Shown here: positions 10,463 through 20,588 of the stretch, in pieces
Numbering within the stretch: the stretch's first letter is position 1
Layout: every line of letters starts with the position of its first letter
From: Betaproteobacteria bacterium
GTDB lineage: Bacteria; Pseudomonadota; Gammaproteobacteria; Burkholderiales; SG8-39
Assembly: GCA_009693235.1 (NCBI GenBank)
Contig: SHXR01000012.1
Location: 808 to 64,807, forward strand
DNA: 64,000 nucleotides
Reading direction: 5' to 3'
The notes under the pieces: generated by a model
What the model saw: the letters and a program-made list of their open reading frames with translations, nothing else
Told to the model about the DNA's origin: nothing
Databases searched by the model: none
Position numbers and translations under genes: made by a program

Positions 10463-10492
10463 AGGAAGACTCCTTTCGATCAGTGATGCCAT

Positions 10493-12826
10493 TCAGGTTG
10501 CCGAATGAATGGCACGCCACACCCGCTCGGGCGAGGCGGGCATATCGAGGTGCGTAACACCACGTTCAGCCAGTGCGTTGAGTACGGCGTTGTAGGCAGA
10601 AGGCAGCGCACCGGCAACGCCTGATTCCCCGGCACCTTTAACGCCAAGCGGATTGGTCGTGCATACGACGCCGTGATGCCCAACCTTGATGTTGGGCAAA
10701 TCATCGGCGCGTGGCATCACATAGTCCATGAAGGACGCCGTGAGCAATTGTCCGTTCTCGTCGTACTGGACGTGCTCGCCGATCACCTGCCCAAGGCCTT
10801 GCGCGACCCCGCCGTGGATCTGGCCTTCCACAATCGTTTCATGAATGATGTTGCCGACATCATCGACCGCGGCGTAACCGACAATCGCGACCACACCGGT
10901 CTCCGGGTCGATCTCAACCTCGGTGACATGACAGCCATTCGGGAAGCTCATTTGCGGCGAGACGAATTTTTCCACCGAATCGAGGCCTTTCGCAAATTCT
11001 GCGGGGAGATCAGTGGCCGTCCGTGCACGTCGCGCGACGTCGAGAATGCTCATCGTGCGATCAGTACCGTCTACGCGATAGGTCCCGTTCGCGAATTCGA
11101 CATCCGCCGACGCCGCTTCAAACAGATGCGCGGCAATCCGCCGGCCCTTTTCGATCGAGGCATCGCAGGCTACGAATGTTGCACCACCGGCCATCATCGT
11201 CGAACGGGACGCGACGCTCGGAATGCCGCTTGGCACTTCGTCGCTATCGCCCTCGATCAAGCGGATATCGCTTACCTTGATGCCAAGCTTGGCGGCGACG
11301 ATCGGCGGAAAGGTGGACAAGTGTCCTTGACCCATTGCCTGGACGCCGGTGCGAAGGGCGACTTTGCCGTCCGCTTCAAAGCGAAGATCAACCGTCTCAT
11401 CGAGGATGCCGCCTGCTACTTCCAGAAAATTGCACACACCGATGCCACGGAGCTTGCCGCGCTGACGCGATTGATCCCGACGTTTGGCAAAGCCCTGCCA
11501 GTCGGCGAGCACCGTGGCCTTAGTGGCGATCGAAGAAAATTCACCGCTATCGTAGATCGGCCCATTCGGTGCTTTGTAGGGCATCGCGGTGGCCGCAATC
11601 ATGTTGCGCCGGCGCAGATCGAGGGGATCGACAGCCATTTTTTGCGCCGCCAGATCGATCAGGCGTTCGATCACGATGATCGCTTCCGGACGACCAGCGC
11701 CACGGTAGGGTCCCAATGGTGCGGTATTGCAAAGCACCATCTTCACGTTCACATGAATCGCCGGAATCGCGTACACCGATGACAGGCAGTTCTTTGTGTT
11801 GTTGGTGGCGAAGGTCGCACCGAAAGTTGTGATGTAGGCGCCCATGCCAACCAAGTTGCGCGCGCGCAGCGCGAGGAACTTCCCATCGGCATCGAGCGCA
11901 AGCTCGGCTTCCAATACGCCATCGCGCCCGGCGGTATCGGAAAGAAAACTCTCAATGCGCGTGTTGCGCCACTTCACCGGTCGATTGATCGTGCGTGCGG
12001 CGATGAGAATCGAGACGTATTCAGGATACGGATGCGTCTTCATACCGAATCCACCACCGACATCATGCGTCAGCACCCGCACGTTCTGTGGCGGGATCTT
12101 CAGCACATGGATGGCCAGCATATTGCGCACGATGGCCACGCCTTGGGTGCTGGCGGTGAGCGTGTAGCGCCCGCTGGCGCCGTCCCATTGCGCGAGGCCG
12201 CCGCGCGGTTCCATCGTGGCCGGCGCAAGACGCGTGTCTTCCATCTTGAGCTGCACGGTGTGCTTTGCCTTTCCGAACGCGGCATCGACGGCTGCGGCAT
12301 CGCCGTCGATCCAGTCGAGGGCGATATTGTTCGGCGCGCCCTCCCACAGTTGCGGCGCACCCGGTGCGACGGCCCGTGCTGGATGAACGACGGCAGGCAG
12401 CGTGTCGTATTCAATCACTACATGCTCGGCTGCATCGAGGGCTTGGCCTTCGGTCTCGGCCACCACGCAGACAACCGGTTCGCCGACATAGCGAACACGA
12501 TCGACCGCAAGCGGCGGCATCGCTGCGACGAACATCGGCTTGCCATCGCGACTATTCATCGTGGCCAGCGGTGGAATCGGTTGCACGCCGGCCGCGGCCA
12601 ATTCCTTGGCGGTCAAGACTGCAAGCACACCGGGCATCGTTCTTGCGGCCGCGGTATCCAGCCACTTGATGCGCGCATGTCCGACGCTGGCCCGAAGGAA
12701 GACGGCGTGCGTTTGCCCTGGGAAGTTCACATCGTCTGTGTATCGACCGCGACCGGTAAGGAGCGGCGCATCTTCCGTGCGCAATACGCCGTGGTCGCTG
12801 CCGAATCGAAGAGGTTGTGCAGTCAT
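10493..12826 (-). CDS. Xanthine dehydrogenase family molybdopterin-binding subunit (CoxL form II-like)
   Basis: REDxxLLTGRGRYTDD-like N-terminus, DVGGGFGMK, PYRGAGRPEA, GQGH, VEGQIHGGVAQG, KGAGESG. Confidence 0.92.
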   Translation of the reverse strand: MTAQPLRFGSDHGVLRTEDAPLLTGRGRYTDDVNFPGQTHAVFLRASVGHARIKWLDTAAARTMPGVLAVLTAKELAAAGVQPIPPLATMNSRDGKPMFVAAMPPLAVDRVRYVGEPVVCVVAETEGQALDAAEHVVIEYDTLPAVVHPARAVAPGAPQLWEGAPNNIALDWIDGDAAAVDAAFGKAKHTVQLKMEDTRLAPATMEPRGGLAQWDGASGRYTLTASTQGVAIVRNMLAIHVLKIPPQNVRVLTHDVGGGFGMKTHPYPEYVSILIAARTINRPVKWRNTRIESFLSDTAGRDGVLEAELALDADGKFLALRARNLVGMGAYITTFGATFATNNTKNCLSSVYAIPAIHVNVKMVLCNTAPLGPYRGAGRPEAIIVIERLIDLAAQKMAVDPLDLRRRNMIAATAMPYKAPNGPIYDSGEFSSIATKATVLADWQGFAKRRDQSRQRGKLRGIGVCNFLEVAGGILDETVDLRFEADGKVALRTGVQAMGQGHLSTFPPIVAAKLGIKVSDIRLIEGDSDEVPSGIPSVASRSTMMAGGATFVACDASIEKGRRIAAHLFEAASADVEFANGTYRVDGTDRTMSILDVARRARTATDLPAEFAKGLDSVEKFVSPQMSFPNGCHVTEVEIDPETGVVAIVGYAAVDDVGNIIHETIVEGQIHGGVAQGLGQVIGEHVQYDENGQLLTASFMDYVMPRADDLPNIKVGHHGVVCTTNPLGVKGAGESGVAGALPSAYNAVLNALAERGVTHLDMPASPERVWRAIHSAT

Positions 12827-12843
12827 TGTAAAAATCCTGGTAT

Positions 12844-13911
12844 TTAGGTTTCGCGGGTCGCTTCGAGATGCCGCAGTTTCGGCGCGACTTCTTCCATGAA
12901 CATGCGCAGCGACCGCAAGCGTTTATCCCGCGTCGCCCAGCCCTTGCCGGTGACGAGTAATAGCGTGCCGAAGCCGCCCGATTCCGTATAGATTTTTTCC
13001 AGGCGCTTGCCGATCACATCGGGCTCGCCAACGAGATAGAACCCGCATTCGACCAAATCGCCGAACGTCACGGTCTCCCAGTTATAAGGCAGGCCAAATG
13101 CGCCCATCAGATATTTCAGGAGCCCGCGCTTGCGTTGAAACTCCATCTCGAACGAGACGGCTTCGCGCAGATCGGCAATCGCTTGTGCACGTGAATCGGC
13201 AAGGTAGACGAACCGAGCGTTGGCGATATTTTTCAACGGCTGCCGGTGTCCCGCGGCTTTTGCGTAACGTAGATATTTATCGGTTTTCTTTTTGAGAATC
13301 GGCGGCGGTTCATGCGCCGAGATCAGCGTATAGCCGCGTTCGGCGGCAAGCTGAATCATCGACTCGGTTTCGCTGGCGGTGGCCATCGGCATCGGTTTGC
13401 TGAGCGGCCGCGGCGTTGCTACGATGCCCTTGCCCTTCCAATGTTTGCCGTTCCAATCGAACGGTTGCTCGGTGTTCCAGCATTTGAGGATGAGATCGAG
13501 CGATTCGACCAGGCGCTCATGGCGGTCTTCATAGGTGAGTCCGCGTTCTTCCGAAAACAGGGGGCTGTGAAAGCCTGAGCCGAAGCCGAAGAAAAATCGG
13601 TTGTTGCCGATCACATGGTCGGTCGTGGCGGCGCGAATGGCCACATCCACCGGATGCCACAGATGAATCACGGTGACCGCGGCACCCATGCGAATCTGCT
13701 TGGTGAGGCCGGCGGCCTTGCACATCAGGAGCTCAGGCACCGGCAGCGTATCGACCTTGTTGATATAGACCGGCTCACCATGGTGTTCGCTGATATAGCA
13801 ATCCCGCATGCCAAGCTCGTCGGCGAGAATGATCTCTTGCAGGTCTTCATCGAACGTTTCCGCGGGCGTCGTGTGCGGCCGAAAGCCGTTCGACCAAATA
13901 CCGAATTCCAT
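12844..13911 (-). CDS. LLM-class flavin-dependent oxidoreductase (luciferase-like monooxygenase)
   Basis: MEFG start, LADELG...ISEHH, IRMGAAV..HLWHP, FMEEVAP C-terminus. Confidence 0.9.
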   Translation of the reverse strand: MEFGIWSNGFRPHTTPAETFDEDLQEIILADELGMRDCYISEHHGEPVYINKVDTLPVPELLMCKAAGLTKQIRMGAAVTVIHLWHPVDVAIRAATTDHVIGNNRFFFGFGSGFHSPLFSEERGLTYEDRHERLVESLDLILKCWNTEQPFDWNGKHWKGKGIVATPRPLSKPMPMATASETESMIQLAAERGYTLISAHEPPPILKKKTDKYLRYAKAAGHRQPLKNIANARFVYLADSRAQAIADLREAVSFEMEFQRKRGLLKYLMGAFGLPYNWETVTFGDLVECGFYLVGEPDVIGKRLEKIYTESGGFGTLLLVTGKGWATRDKRLRSLRMFMEEVAPKLRHLEATRET

Positions 13912-13999
13912 ACTTGCTCCAACGTTGGATTGATGTCGAGCGTGGAGGATACAATGTTCCGACTCGGCAACCATTCGTCAACCATCCGGGAGTGCGGGC

Positions 14000-14620
14000 A
14001 TGAGCGCGGCAAGACACATCACCACCATTGCAGACCTTGAGGCGCTCTATGGGGCGCCGATGGGTGCTGCGCTGACCAAAGAAGTCGACTACATCACTGA
14101 TCAGTATCGGGTGTTTATCGAGAAGGCGCCGTTCGTGGTGGTCGCCACCGTCGGGCCGGAAGGGCTCGATTGTTCTCCACGCGGCGATCCGGTCGGGTTT
14201 GTCCGCGTGATTGATCGCAAGCGCATGCTGATTCCGGACCGCCGCGGCAATAACCGCATGGACTCGATGCGCAACATCATTCGCGATCCGCGTATCTCGT
14301 TGTTATTCCTGATCCCCGGTGTCAACGAAACACTGAGGATCAATGGCCGCGCCCGGATTATCGTCGACGAAGGGCTGGCAAAAACCTTCGCCGTCAATGA
14401 GAAGGTGCCTACTACGCTGCTCGAAGTGACGGCAGAGCGCGTCTACTACCAGTGCCCGAAGGCGCTGATCCGCTCGAAGCTTTGGACGATCGAGGCGCAG
14501 GTGCCGCGATCAGCGTTACCCACCGGCGGGCAGATTCTGGCGGAGATCACGAAGAACGCCGTCAATGCTGAGGAGTACGACGCCGCGTATCCGGAGCGGA
14601 TCAGGCAGACGATTTACTAA
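14000..14620 (+). CDS. Pyridoxamine-5'-phosphate oxidase family FMN-binding protein (MSMEG_1061-like)
   Basis: DCSPRGDP, IPDRRGNNRMDS, LLFLIPG..ETLRING, YYQCPKALIRSKLW motifs. Confidence 0.88.
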   Translation: MSAARHITTIADLEALYGAPMGAALTKEVDYITDQYRVFIEKAPFVVVATVGPEGLDCSPRGDPVGFVRVIDRKRMLIPDRRGNNRMDSMRNIIRDPRISLLFLIPGVNETLRINGRARIIVDEGLAKTFAVNEKVPTTLLEVTAERVYYQCPKALIRSKLWTIEAQVPRSALPTGGQILAEITKNAVNAEEYDAAYPERIRQTIY

Positions 14621-14635
14621 CACCAGATACTCGCC

Positions 14636-15106
14636 TTAAATCGGCGTCGCCAGTAGCGTCAGAATCGACCCGGTATCGGCGACCACTACCATCTCGCGAA
14701 TGCGCGGTGCGTTGTCATTAAACACGACTCGCGCCCGGTACCGACCCACGCTGAACAGACGGCTTTGCCCTTCCAGCGTCGTCTGAAATAGGCTGTAGCT
14801 CGCTGCCACACGCCATGATCCATCCGCCTCCGCCGCTATGCGTGGTGGGCTGATCGTATGGCAGTCCCAGTGCAGGTTGTACTCGTTGACATGGCGGTAC
14901 GAGGTAATGCGATCGGCGAGCATGTTCTTGCCCTTGCACCAGATGAGTACATTGGGCAGGTTCTGTTCGACATTCTCGCGCGTGACGATGCGGTAGTCGC
15001 AGTCGGCGGTGAACAGTTCGACCCACGCTTCCAGCTTGTCGTCATCGAGCAGCAACCCGTACTCGATTAGCAGATCGCGAATGGCCTGGCGCTTTGTTTC
15101 ATCCAT
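14636..15106 (-). CDS. Aromatic ring-hydroxylating oxygenase beta subunit (NagH/AndAd-like)
   Basis: Y..LLDDD.LEAWVELF...C.YRIVTREN, MLADR, FSVGRY, LLATPI. Directly downstream of an alpha subunit. Confidence 0.88.
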   Translation of the reverse strand: MDETKRQAIRDLLIEYGLLLDDDKLEAWVELFTADCDYRIVTRENVEQNLPNVLIWCKGKNMLADRITSYRHVNEYNLHWDCHTISPPRIAAEADGSWRVAASYSLFQTTLEGQSRLFSVGRYRARVVFNDNAPRIREMVVVADTGSILTLLATPI

Positions 15107-15121
15107 GGTGATCGCTTCGCT

Positions 15122-16405
15122 TCAGCGGACGCCGCCCGTCGCTTCGACATCCATCAGTTCCGCCCAATACGACCAGAAGCCGCGAATCGGGCCCTCGGTG
15201 AGTCGATGCACGGTATCGGTGATGGCGCCTCGCCCACCCATCTCGATGACCGTATGATCGTTGAGCGTCGTGGCTGACATGCGGTGGGCGATCTCGATCG
15301 CTTCACCATCTTCCATCGATACGTAACCCGCCGGGCCGACGAGATTAGTCTGCAACATGCGGTGCTCAATCATTTCCGGAGTATCGTCGGCATAGGCGAA
15401 CATCGTCTGAAAGATCTCAAACGCGTCCTTCCCTTTGGGTCGGATCTGCCGCGTTGCGAGCGAATTGCTGATCTGGATGAGTAGGAAGTTAGGGAAGATC
15501 GTGGGTGCCGCGAGATTCATGCCGTCGGTGAATTCCGGGACGAACTTGAGAAAGCCGGTGTCGCGCAATTGCAACCGATCGACTTCTACGCCTTTTTGAT
15601 CGGCGTAGGCGGCGCGCGCTTCGTCCTGTGAATCGGTACCGGCATAGGCATGATTCATATTGTGCCGATGGCGTTCGTCCATCTTCACGCCGCCCTTTTG
15701 GGTCGCGCGATCGAGGCCGTAGCGCACGAAGAACTCATGCAACAGGCTCGCGTGATAGGTATCGCGCAGATTCTCGGCGTAGAGCTTCCAGTTGCCGTGC
15801 ACCAACTGGCGGTGATAGCCCATGATGCAGATTGGTCGCGTGAAAAAGCGCGCGATCATGGTGCGACCGAACTCGCCAAGATAATCGTGCAGCGACTCCA
15901 AGCGGGCCGCGCCGCTCGACTCGTCAGTTGCGAAGCTGCCAAACAGCACGCCATGAAAACTTTCCACGCGCAGGCGCCTGAGGCCATGTTGCTTCGGGTC
16001 GAAATCGGCCGGCATACCGCCTTGCCCTTTCAGCCCGCGGCGAAACGGCACGCCGATCAGATCGCCTTCGTTCGAGTAGCACCAGCGGTGATAGATGCAA
16101 ACATGCTCGATGGCATTCCCGTGCGTCTTGCGGACCACCTGCGCGCCGCGATGGGCACAACGATTCACGAAGGCATGGACGATGCCATCTTGCCCGCGCG
16201 ATACCACGACCGACGTTTCACCGATCCATGTCGTGCGGAAGTCACCCGCATTGGGCAGTTCGGCATCCAAGGCGAGGTAGTTCCATACCGGACCGCGAAA
16301 GATGCGCTCCATTTCGAGCGCATAGACGTCATCGTCGTGATAAAGCCAGAACGGCACGCGTGAGTAGTCATCGCGGGGCCAGTTGACATTGAGCGGGGTG
16401 GTCAT
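15122..16405 (-). CDS. Rieske ring-hydroxylating oxygenase alpha subunit, salicylate-5-hydroxylase/anthranilate-dioxygenase (NagG/AndAc) type
   Basis: NRCAHRG...CIYHRW Rieske motif; NWKLYAEN.RD.YHASLLH iron ligands; GPAGYVSMEDGE; WP....RVP N-terminus typical of this class. Confidence 0.9.
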   Translation of the reverse strand: MTTPLNVNWPRDDYSRVPFWLYHDDDVYALEMERIFRGPVWNYLALDAELPNAGDFRTTWIGETSVVVSRGQDGIVHAFVNRCAHRGAQVVRKTHGNAIEHVCIYHRWCYSNEGDLIGVPFRRGLKGQGGMPADFDPKQHGLRRLRVESFHGVLFGSFATDESSGAARLESLHDYLGEFGRTMIARFFTRPICIMGYHRQLVHGNWKLYAENLRDTYHASLLHEFFVRYGLDRATQKGGVKMDERHRHNMNHAYAGTDSQDEARAAYADQKGVEVDRLQLRDTGFLKFVPEFTDGMNLAAPTIFPNFLLIQISNSLATRQIRPKGKDAFEIFQTMFAYADDTPEMIEHRMLQTNLVGPAGYVSMEDGEAIEIAHRMSATTLNDHTVIEMGGRGAITDTVHRLTEGPIRGFWSYWAELMDVEATGGVR

Positions 16406-16414
16406 GCCGAATGT

Positions 16415-17392
16415 CTAGTCAAGCCGAATGCCGGCGTCACGGATCACCGCACCCCACAGGGCGGTTTCACTTTTGATCGCTTCAGCGAATTCGCGTGGCG
16501 TGGAGCCCCAGGGATCGACGCCGATGTTGATCAATCGTTGCGATGCAGCGTTGTCCCGCATCATTTTCTGCACTTCCGATGCGATGCGTTCGATGATCTC
16601 GCTTGGGGTGCCGGCGGGCGCGACCAGACCGTTCCAGGTAAGCGTTTTGAATCCTGGGTAGCCCGATTCCGCGATGGTCGGCAGATCGGGTCGCTGCGTT
16701 CCGCGGATTTCACTCGACACGCCAAGCACCTTGATGCGACCGGATTCGGCATGGCCGACGAACTCCGAGAAATTACCGAAATACATATGGACCTGGCCGC
16801 CCAAGAGATCCTTCACCGCCGGTCCGCCGCCTTTGTAGGGAATGTGATTCAGATTGATGCCTGCTCGTGTGGCAAACAGGGCGCCGGATAAATGCCCCAT
16901 CGATCCGGAACCGCCTGATGCGTAGTTGATTCGTCCAGGCCGTGCTTTTGCATACTCGACAAATTCGCGCACCGTATTGACCGGCACCGAACTATGAATG
17001 CCCAGCACGAACGGATTGGAGCCAACGATCGAAATCGGCGCGAAATTCTTTTGCGGATCGTAGGTTCGCTGCGCTTGCATAAGCGGTACCGTCACCGCTT
17101 GGGGATGCGCGGCCATGAGGAGCGTATAACCGTCGGCCGGGGACTTGATCAGCGCATCAACCGCAATGGTACCGAACGCACCCGGACGGTTTTCGACCAA
17201 CACCTGCTGATTGAACGCCCGTCCCAGCCAATCGGCCGCGATGCGCGCAATGCCATCGGTATTGCCACCCGCAGCGAACGGCACAAGGATGCGGACCGGT
17301 TTGGTCGGATACGTTTGCGCAAACGCCGCCGACGCGGTGAGCATGCCGGTGAGGAGAGCGATCCGTAACGCGATCATGGTGAAGGTCCTCAT
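16415..17392 (-). CDS. Bug/TctC tripartite tricarboxylate transporter substrate-binding protein
   Basis: YPTKPVRILVPFAAGG, VENRPGA, ADGYTL, HIPYKGG. ATG 17392 overlaps the upstream stop (ATGA). Confidence 0.92.
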   Translation of the reverse strand: MRTFTMIALRIALLTGMLTASAAFAQTYPTKPVRILVPFAAGGNTDGIARIAADWLGRAFNQQVLVENRPGAFGTIAVDALIKSPADGYTLLMAAHPQAVTVPLMQAQRTYDPQKNFAPISIVGSNPFVLGIHSSVPVNTVREFVEYAKARPGRINYASGGSGSMGHLSGALFATRAGINLNHIPYKGGGPAVKDLLGGQVHMYFGNFSEFVGHAESGRIKVLGVSSEIRGTQRPDLPTIAESGYPGFKTLTWNGLVAPAGTPSEIIERIASEVQKMMRDNAASQRLINIGVDPWGSTPREFAEAIKSETALWGAVIRDAGIRLD

Positions 17393-18366
17393 TTTGGATG
17401 GGCAGCCAGCCATTGCGTATAGTCGTCGAAAGCGCTGTCGAGCGTAAATGCGGGCTTGAATCCAAATTCTTCGCGCAGCCGGCGGCCGGAAAACGGTGTG
17501 CGAAACGGTGCGAGGGGCGCGATATTGCATTCCTCGATGCGAGCCGATTCGCGAAACGAGAATGAAGGATAGCGCTTCCTTAGGCGCTCGCACCACGCCG
17601 TCATATCGAAGGGCGCCTCGATCGCCAGATGATAAAGACGATGCTTCGTGGTGGTCGCGTCAAGCAAGACGAGGAGCGCGCGCGCAAGATCGGGCGCGTA
17701 GATCCAATCGGCCGGCCCGAGTCTTGGAAACACGGCTTCGCGACCCGTCATCGCCAGGCGCGTCGCCTGCAGGATCGTCGTCATGGCGTCGCGCAGACCG
17801 GTTTCGTATTCCCACCGGCCGTACACCACGGCGACGCGACCGATGCGAACGTCCATCCCCCACAGCGCACCTAGGCGGAGCACGCCGCGTTCCGCCGCGT
17901 ACTTCGAAATGCCATACATCGAATTCGGTACCGGATGGTCGGCATCTTCATCGAGATAGTGCCCGACATTGATGCCGGCCTCGCCGAAGTGGCCGCCGGT
18001 GCTTGGATAGATAAAGCGCTCGATCTTCGCTTTGCGCGCGGCCTTGAGCGCGTTGATCGTGCCAAGCAAATTGACCTCGACGATGCGGGTCGGATCGGTT
18101 TCGTCGCGCGCGGTGCCGGCCGTGATGGCAGCGGCGTGGATCATCCGTTTGCAACCGAAGCGTTCGAGCGCTGCCTCGATCGATCCGGGATCGGTGATGT
18201 CGCCTTGAACAATATGGAGCTTGCCGGGCAGTTTCGCAAACTCGCGTGCGGCGGCGCCGGGCAGAGGATTGACTGCCAGACAGACAATCTCGTCACCGCG
18301 GGTGAGCAGTTGCTCAAGCACATTCAGACCAACGAATCCGGTGCCGCCGGTGACGAGGGTGGTCAT
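17389..18366 (-). CDS. NAD-dependent epimerase/dehydratase (extended SDR)
   Basis: LVTGGTGFVG, HAAA, YGISK catalytic YxxxK. Confidence 0.88.
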   Translation of the reverse strand: MTTLVTGGTGFVGLNVLEQLLTRGDEIVCLAVNPLPGAAAREFAKLPGKLHIVQGDITDPGSIEAALERFGCKRMIHAAAITAGTARDETDPTRIVEVNLLGTINALKAARKAKIERFIYPSTGGHFGEAGINVGHYLDEDADHPVPNSMYGISKYAAERGVLRLGALWGMDVRIGRVAVVYGRWEYETGLRDAMTTILQATRLAMTGREAVFPRLGPADWIYAPDLARALLVLLDATTTKHRLYHLAIEAPFDMTAWCERLRKRYPSFSFRESARIEECNIAPLAPFRTPFSGRRLREEFGFKPAFTLDSAFDDYTQWLAAHPK

Positions 18367-18376
18367 GGTTGCATCG

Positions 18377-19258
18377 CTACTTCAATCCAAGAATGCCGCC
18401 AACTACCGCACGCGGATCGCGATTGGTCCAGCGTCCCATTTCGACCGCGCTCGCGAATTCGAACAACGCGCGATTGAACGCATCGGGCTCTTCAATGTTG
18501 ATCGTATGACCCGCGCGTGGCAGCACCACTAGCGCAGAGGTCGGGATATTGCGCTTCATGAGGAGCGCTGGTTCAAGACACGGATCGTCTTCGTCGCCGG
18601 TGATGATGAGCGCCGGGGCAGTGATTTTCTTCATGCCGTCGACCAATTCCCATAGGGATGGCCGCTTCGCCTGCACGCCGCGCATGGTGTTGACCGATCC
18701 CTTGGTGGAATGCTCGGCGAGCTGCGTGGCAAAATCCTGCCAGCCGCGTGGATCTTTGTTTTCGTATTGCACACGGGTCGGACCGCTCGCATATTTCTTG
18801 TAGGCGACTGCCATCGTCTCGCGCTCGAACATCGACGCGGCCGCATCGGTCTCCGCTTGGAACTTGGCCTTTTCCTTCGGCTCCGCGCCATATCCGCAGC
18901 CGCCAATGAGCAGGGACCGCGCCCGATTCGAGTAGCTGATGCCAAAGTGCAGCGTCGCAAAACCACCCATCGACAGACCAACGACATGGGCTTTGTCGAT
19001 TTTAAGAAAATCGAGCATATCGCGAATATCGTCCCGCGCGCGCGCCTGCGAGTACATCGCGGGATCTTCCGGCACATCGGAGGGCGTAAAGCCGCGCGCG
19101 TCATAGCTGATGCAGCGAAAGTAACGCGAAAAGTAGCGCATCTGCGGTTCCCAGCTACGATGGTCGCCCGCGAATTCGTGGACGAAGATCATCGCATTGC
19201 CGGTGCCGGCCTCTTCAAAATAGAGCTTTACACCGTCAGTGGTGGTCGCGTAGGGCAT
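18377..19258 (-). CDS. Alpha/beta hydrolase
   Basis: FVHEFAG, GLSMGG nucleophile elbow, GDED, AGH. GAGGAG RBS before ATG 19258. Confidence 0.9.
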   Translation of the reverse strand: MPYATTTDGVKLYFEEAGTGNAMIFVHEFAGDHRSWEPQMRYFSRYFRCISYDARGFTPSDVPEDPAMYSQARARDDIRDMLDFLKIDKAHVVGLSMGGFATLHFGISYSNRARSLLIGGCGYGAEPKEKAKFQAETDAAASMFERETMAVAYKKYASGPTRVQYENKDPRGWQDFATQLAEHSTKGSVNTMRGVQAKRPSLWELVDGMKKITAPALIITGDEDDPCLEPALLMKRNIPTSALVVLPRAGHTINIEEPDAFNRALFEFASAVEMGRWTNRDPRAVVGGILGLK

Positions 19259-19287
19259 CGAATTTCTCCTCGGTTGATTGGTAGCGC

Positions 19288-20442
19288 TCAGGGTGTAGGT
19301 AGGGGTTTGCCGTTGATCATGATCGATGCCGCCCCACGTCGCAGCGAGCCATCGAGCCAGAACACCGCAACGCCGTGGCGCGTGGCCGCGACTCGCGGGT
19401 ACGAGACATCCGCGCCGGCCACGATCCGCTCCGGCGCCGACCAGTTCTGCCCGGCATCGGTCGAGCGGGCCCTTTGGATCGCTGATGTTCGCGTGCCGGT
19501 TTCGTCCCACACCGCATGGAGCTCGCCCGCCGATGACACCGCCAAATCCGCATTGCGTGCGTCGTCATAACCGAGTTTGCGCGGACGGGACCAGGTGTTG
19601 CCCGCGTCCGTCGAACCAATATAGTAGAGGCCAAACATCTCTTCCTTACCATTCCAGGCAAGCGTGTGAATGGCGTTGCCCTGTGTGATCAGCGCACCCC
19701 CAACATGCGGGCAGCCGCGGACTTGCCAATTGAATTGTCCGATCGAGCCGTGGTTGCGTCAAGTGTCGCCGGTCCGCGCAGTAATAAGCATCATGTCGCG
19801 CGGCTCGTCGCCACGGTAAAGCACCGCGACGCCGCCCTCAGCAAGCGGTGCGAGGCTGTTCCAGCAGCAATCACAGGTGCGTGGGGCGAGCGGGCGATCG
19901 GCCGACCATGTTTGGCCACGGTCGATAGAGCGCGCATAGCGCAGCCCTTGACGACCTTCGCGGCTGTCTAACCAAGCCAGGCGGACCGTCTGGCTGTCGG
20001 TGGCGAACTCGGCGAAAGTCTGCGAGCCTTCTTTGGGTGGCGTGGGCGTACCGCCCGCTTTCCAGGTGGCGCCACCATCGTCGGAGACCGCGGCGGCGAG
20101 CAGGCCGCCGTGATGGGAGCCCGGGCGCTGCTGCGTCCACACCACCATCAATCGATCGCCCATGGCAACGATCTGCGGGTTCTCCCCCGGATGGTGAGCG
20201 CTCAGTCGATCGTTGGGTCGATTGACGCGGGAGGGCTTCGACCAGTTCGCGCCGCCGTCTGCCGAGCGCACATGCCATAGTGCGATATCGGCGGCGCCCT
20301 TCTGGCCGGTGCCGATCAATACATGCATGACATCGCGGTCGGCGAACACGTCATAGTGGGCAACGGTACGGCCCGTTGGTTGTGCGCCTGCTGCGGCAGC
20401 CAGAGCGAGGCAGACCAGCAAGGCGATAATTCGAGCACGCAT
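19288..20442 (-). pseudogene. Secreted BNR/Asp-box beta-propeller (sialidase-like) protein interrupted by one in-frame TGA
   Basis: Signal peptide; Asp boxes SADGGANW, SDDGGATW, SIDRGQTW, STDAGNTW, STDAGQNW; CDCC and GCPH motifs. ORFs 19759..20442 and 19288..19638 are in the same frame, separated only by TGA at 19759-19761. Confidence 0.8.
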
Positions 20443-20588
20443 CAAAGTGTCACCCACGGCTGTGTTGGATTCGTCGATCGATCTCGACTGGATTCTAGCG
20501 CGGCCGTTCCGCTTGAAGAGAAATTCGGCACTGAATGCCGGGCCATAGGACAATACGGCTGCCTTTCGGCCACACCCTGTCACGAAGT

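Noticed and set aside
10493-12826. Aerobic CO dehydrogenase (form I CoxL)
   Set aside because: The active-site loop is PYRGAGR, not AYxCSFR, and no coxMS or accessory genes are present.
19759-19761. Selenocysteine codon or alternative genetic code (TGA=Trp)
   Set aside because: The position matches an Asp-box Trp, no SECIS could be verified by eye, and many other genes here use TGA as a true stop.
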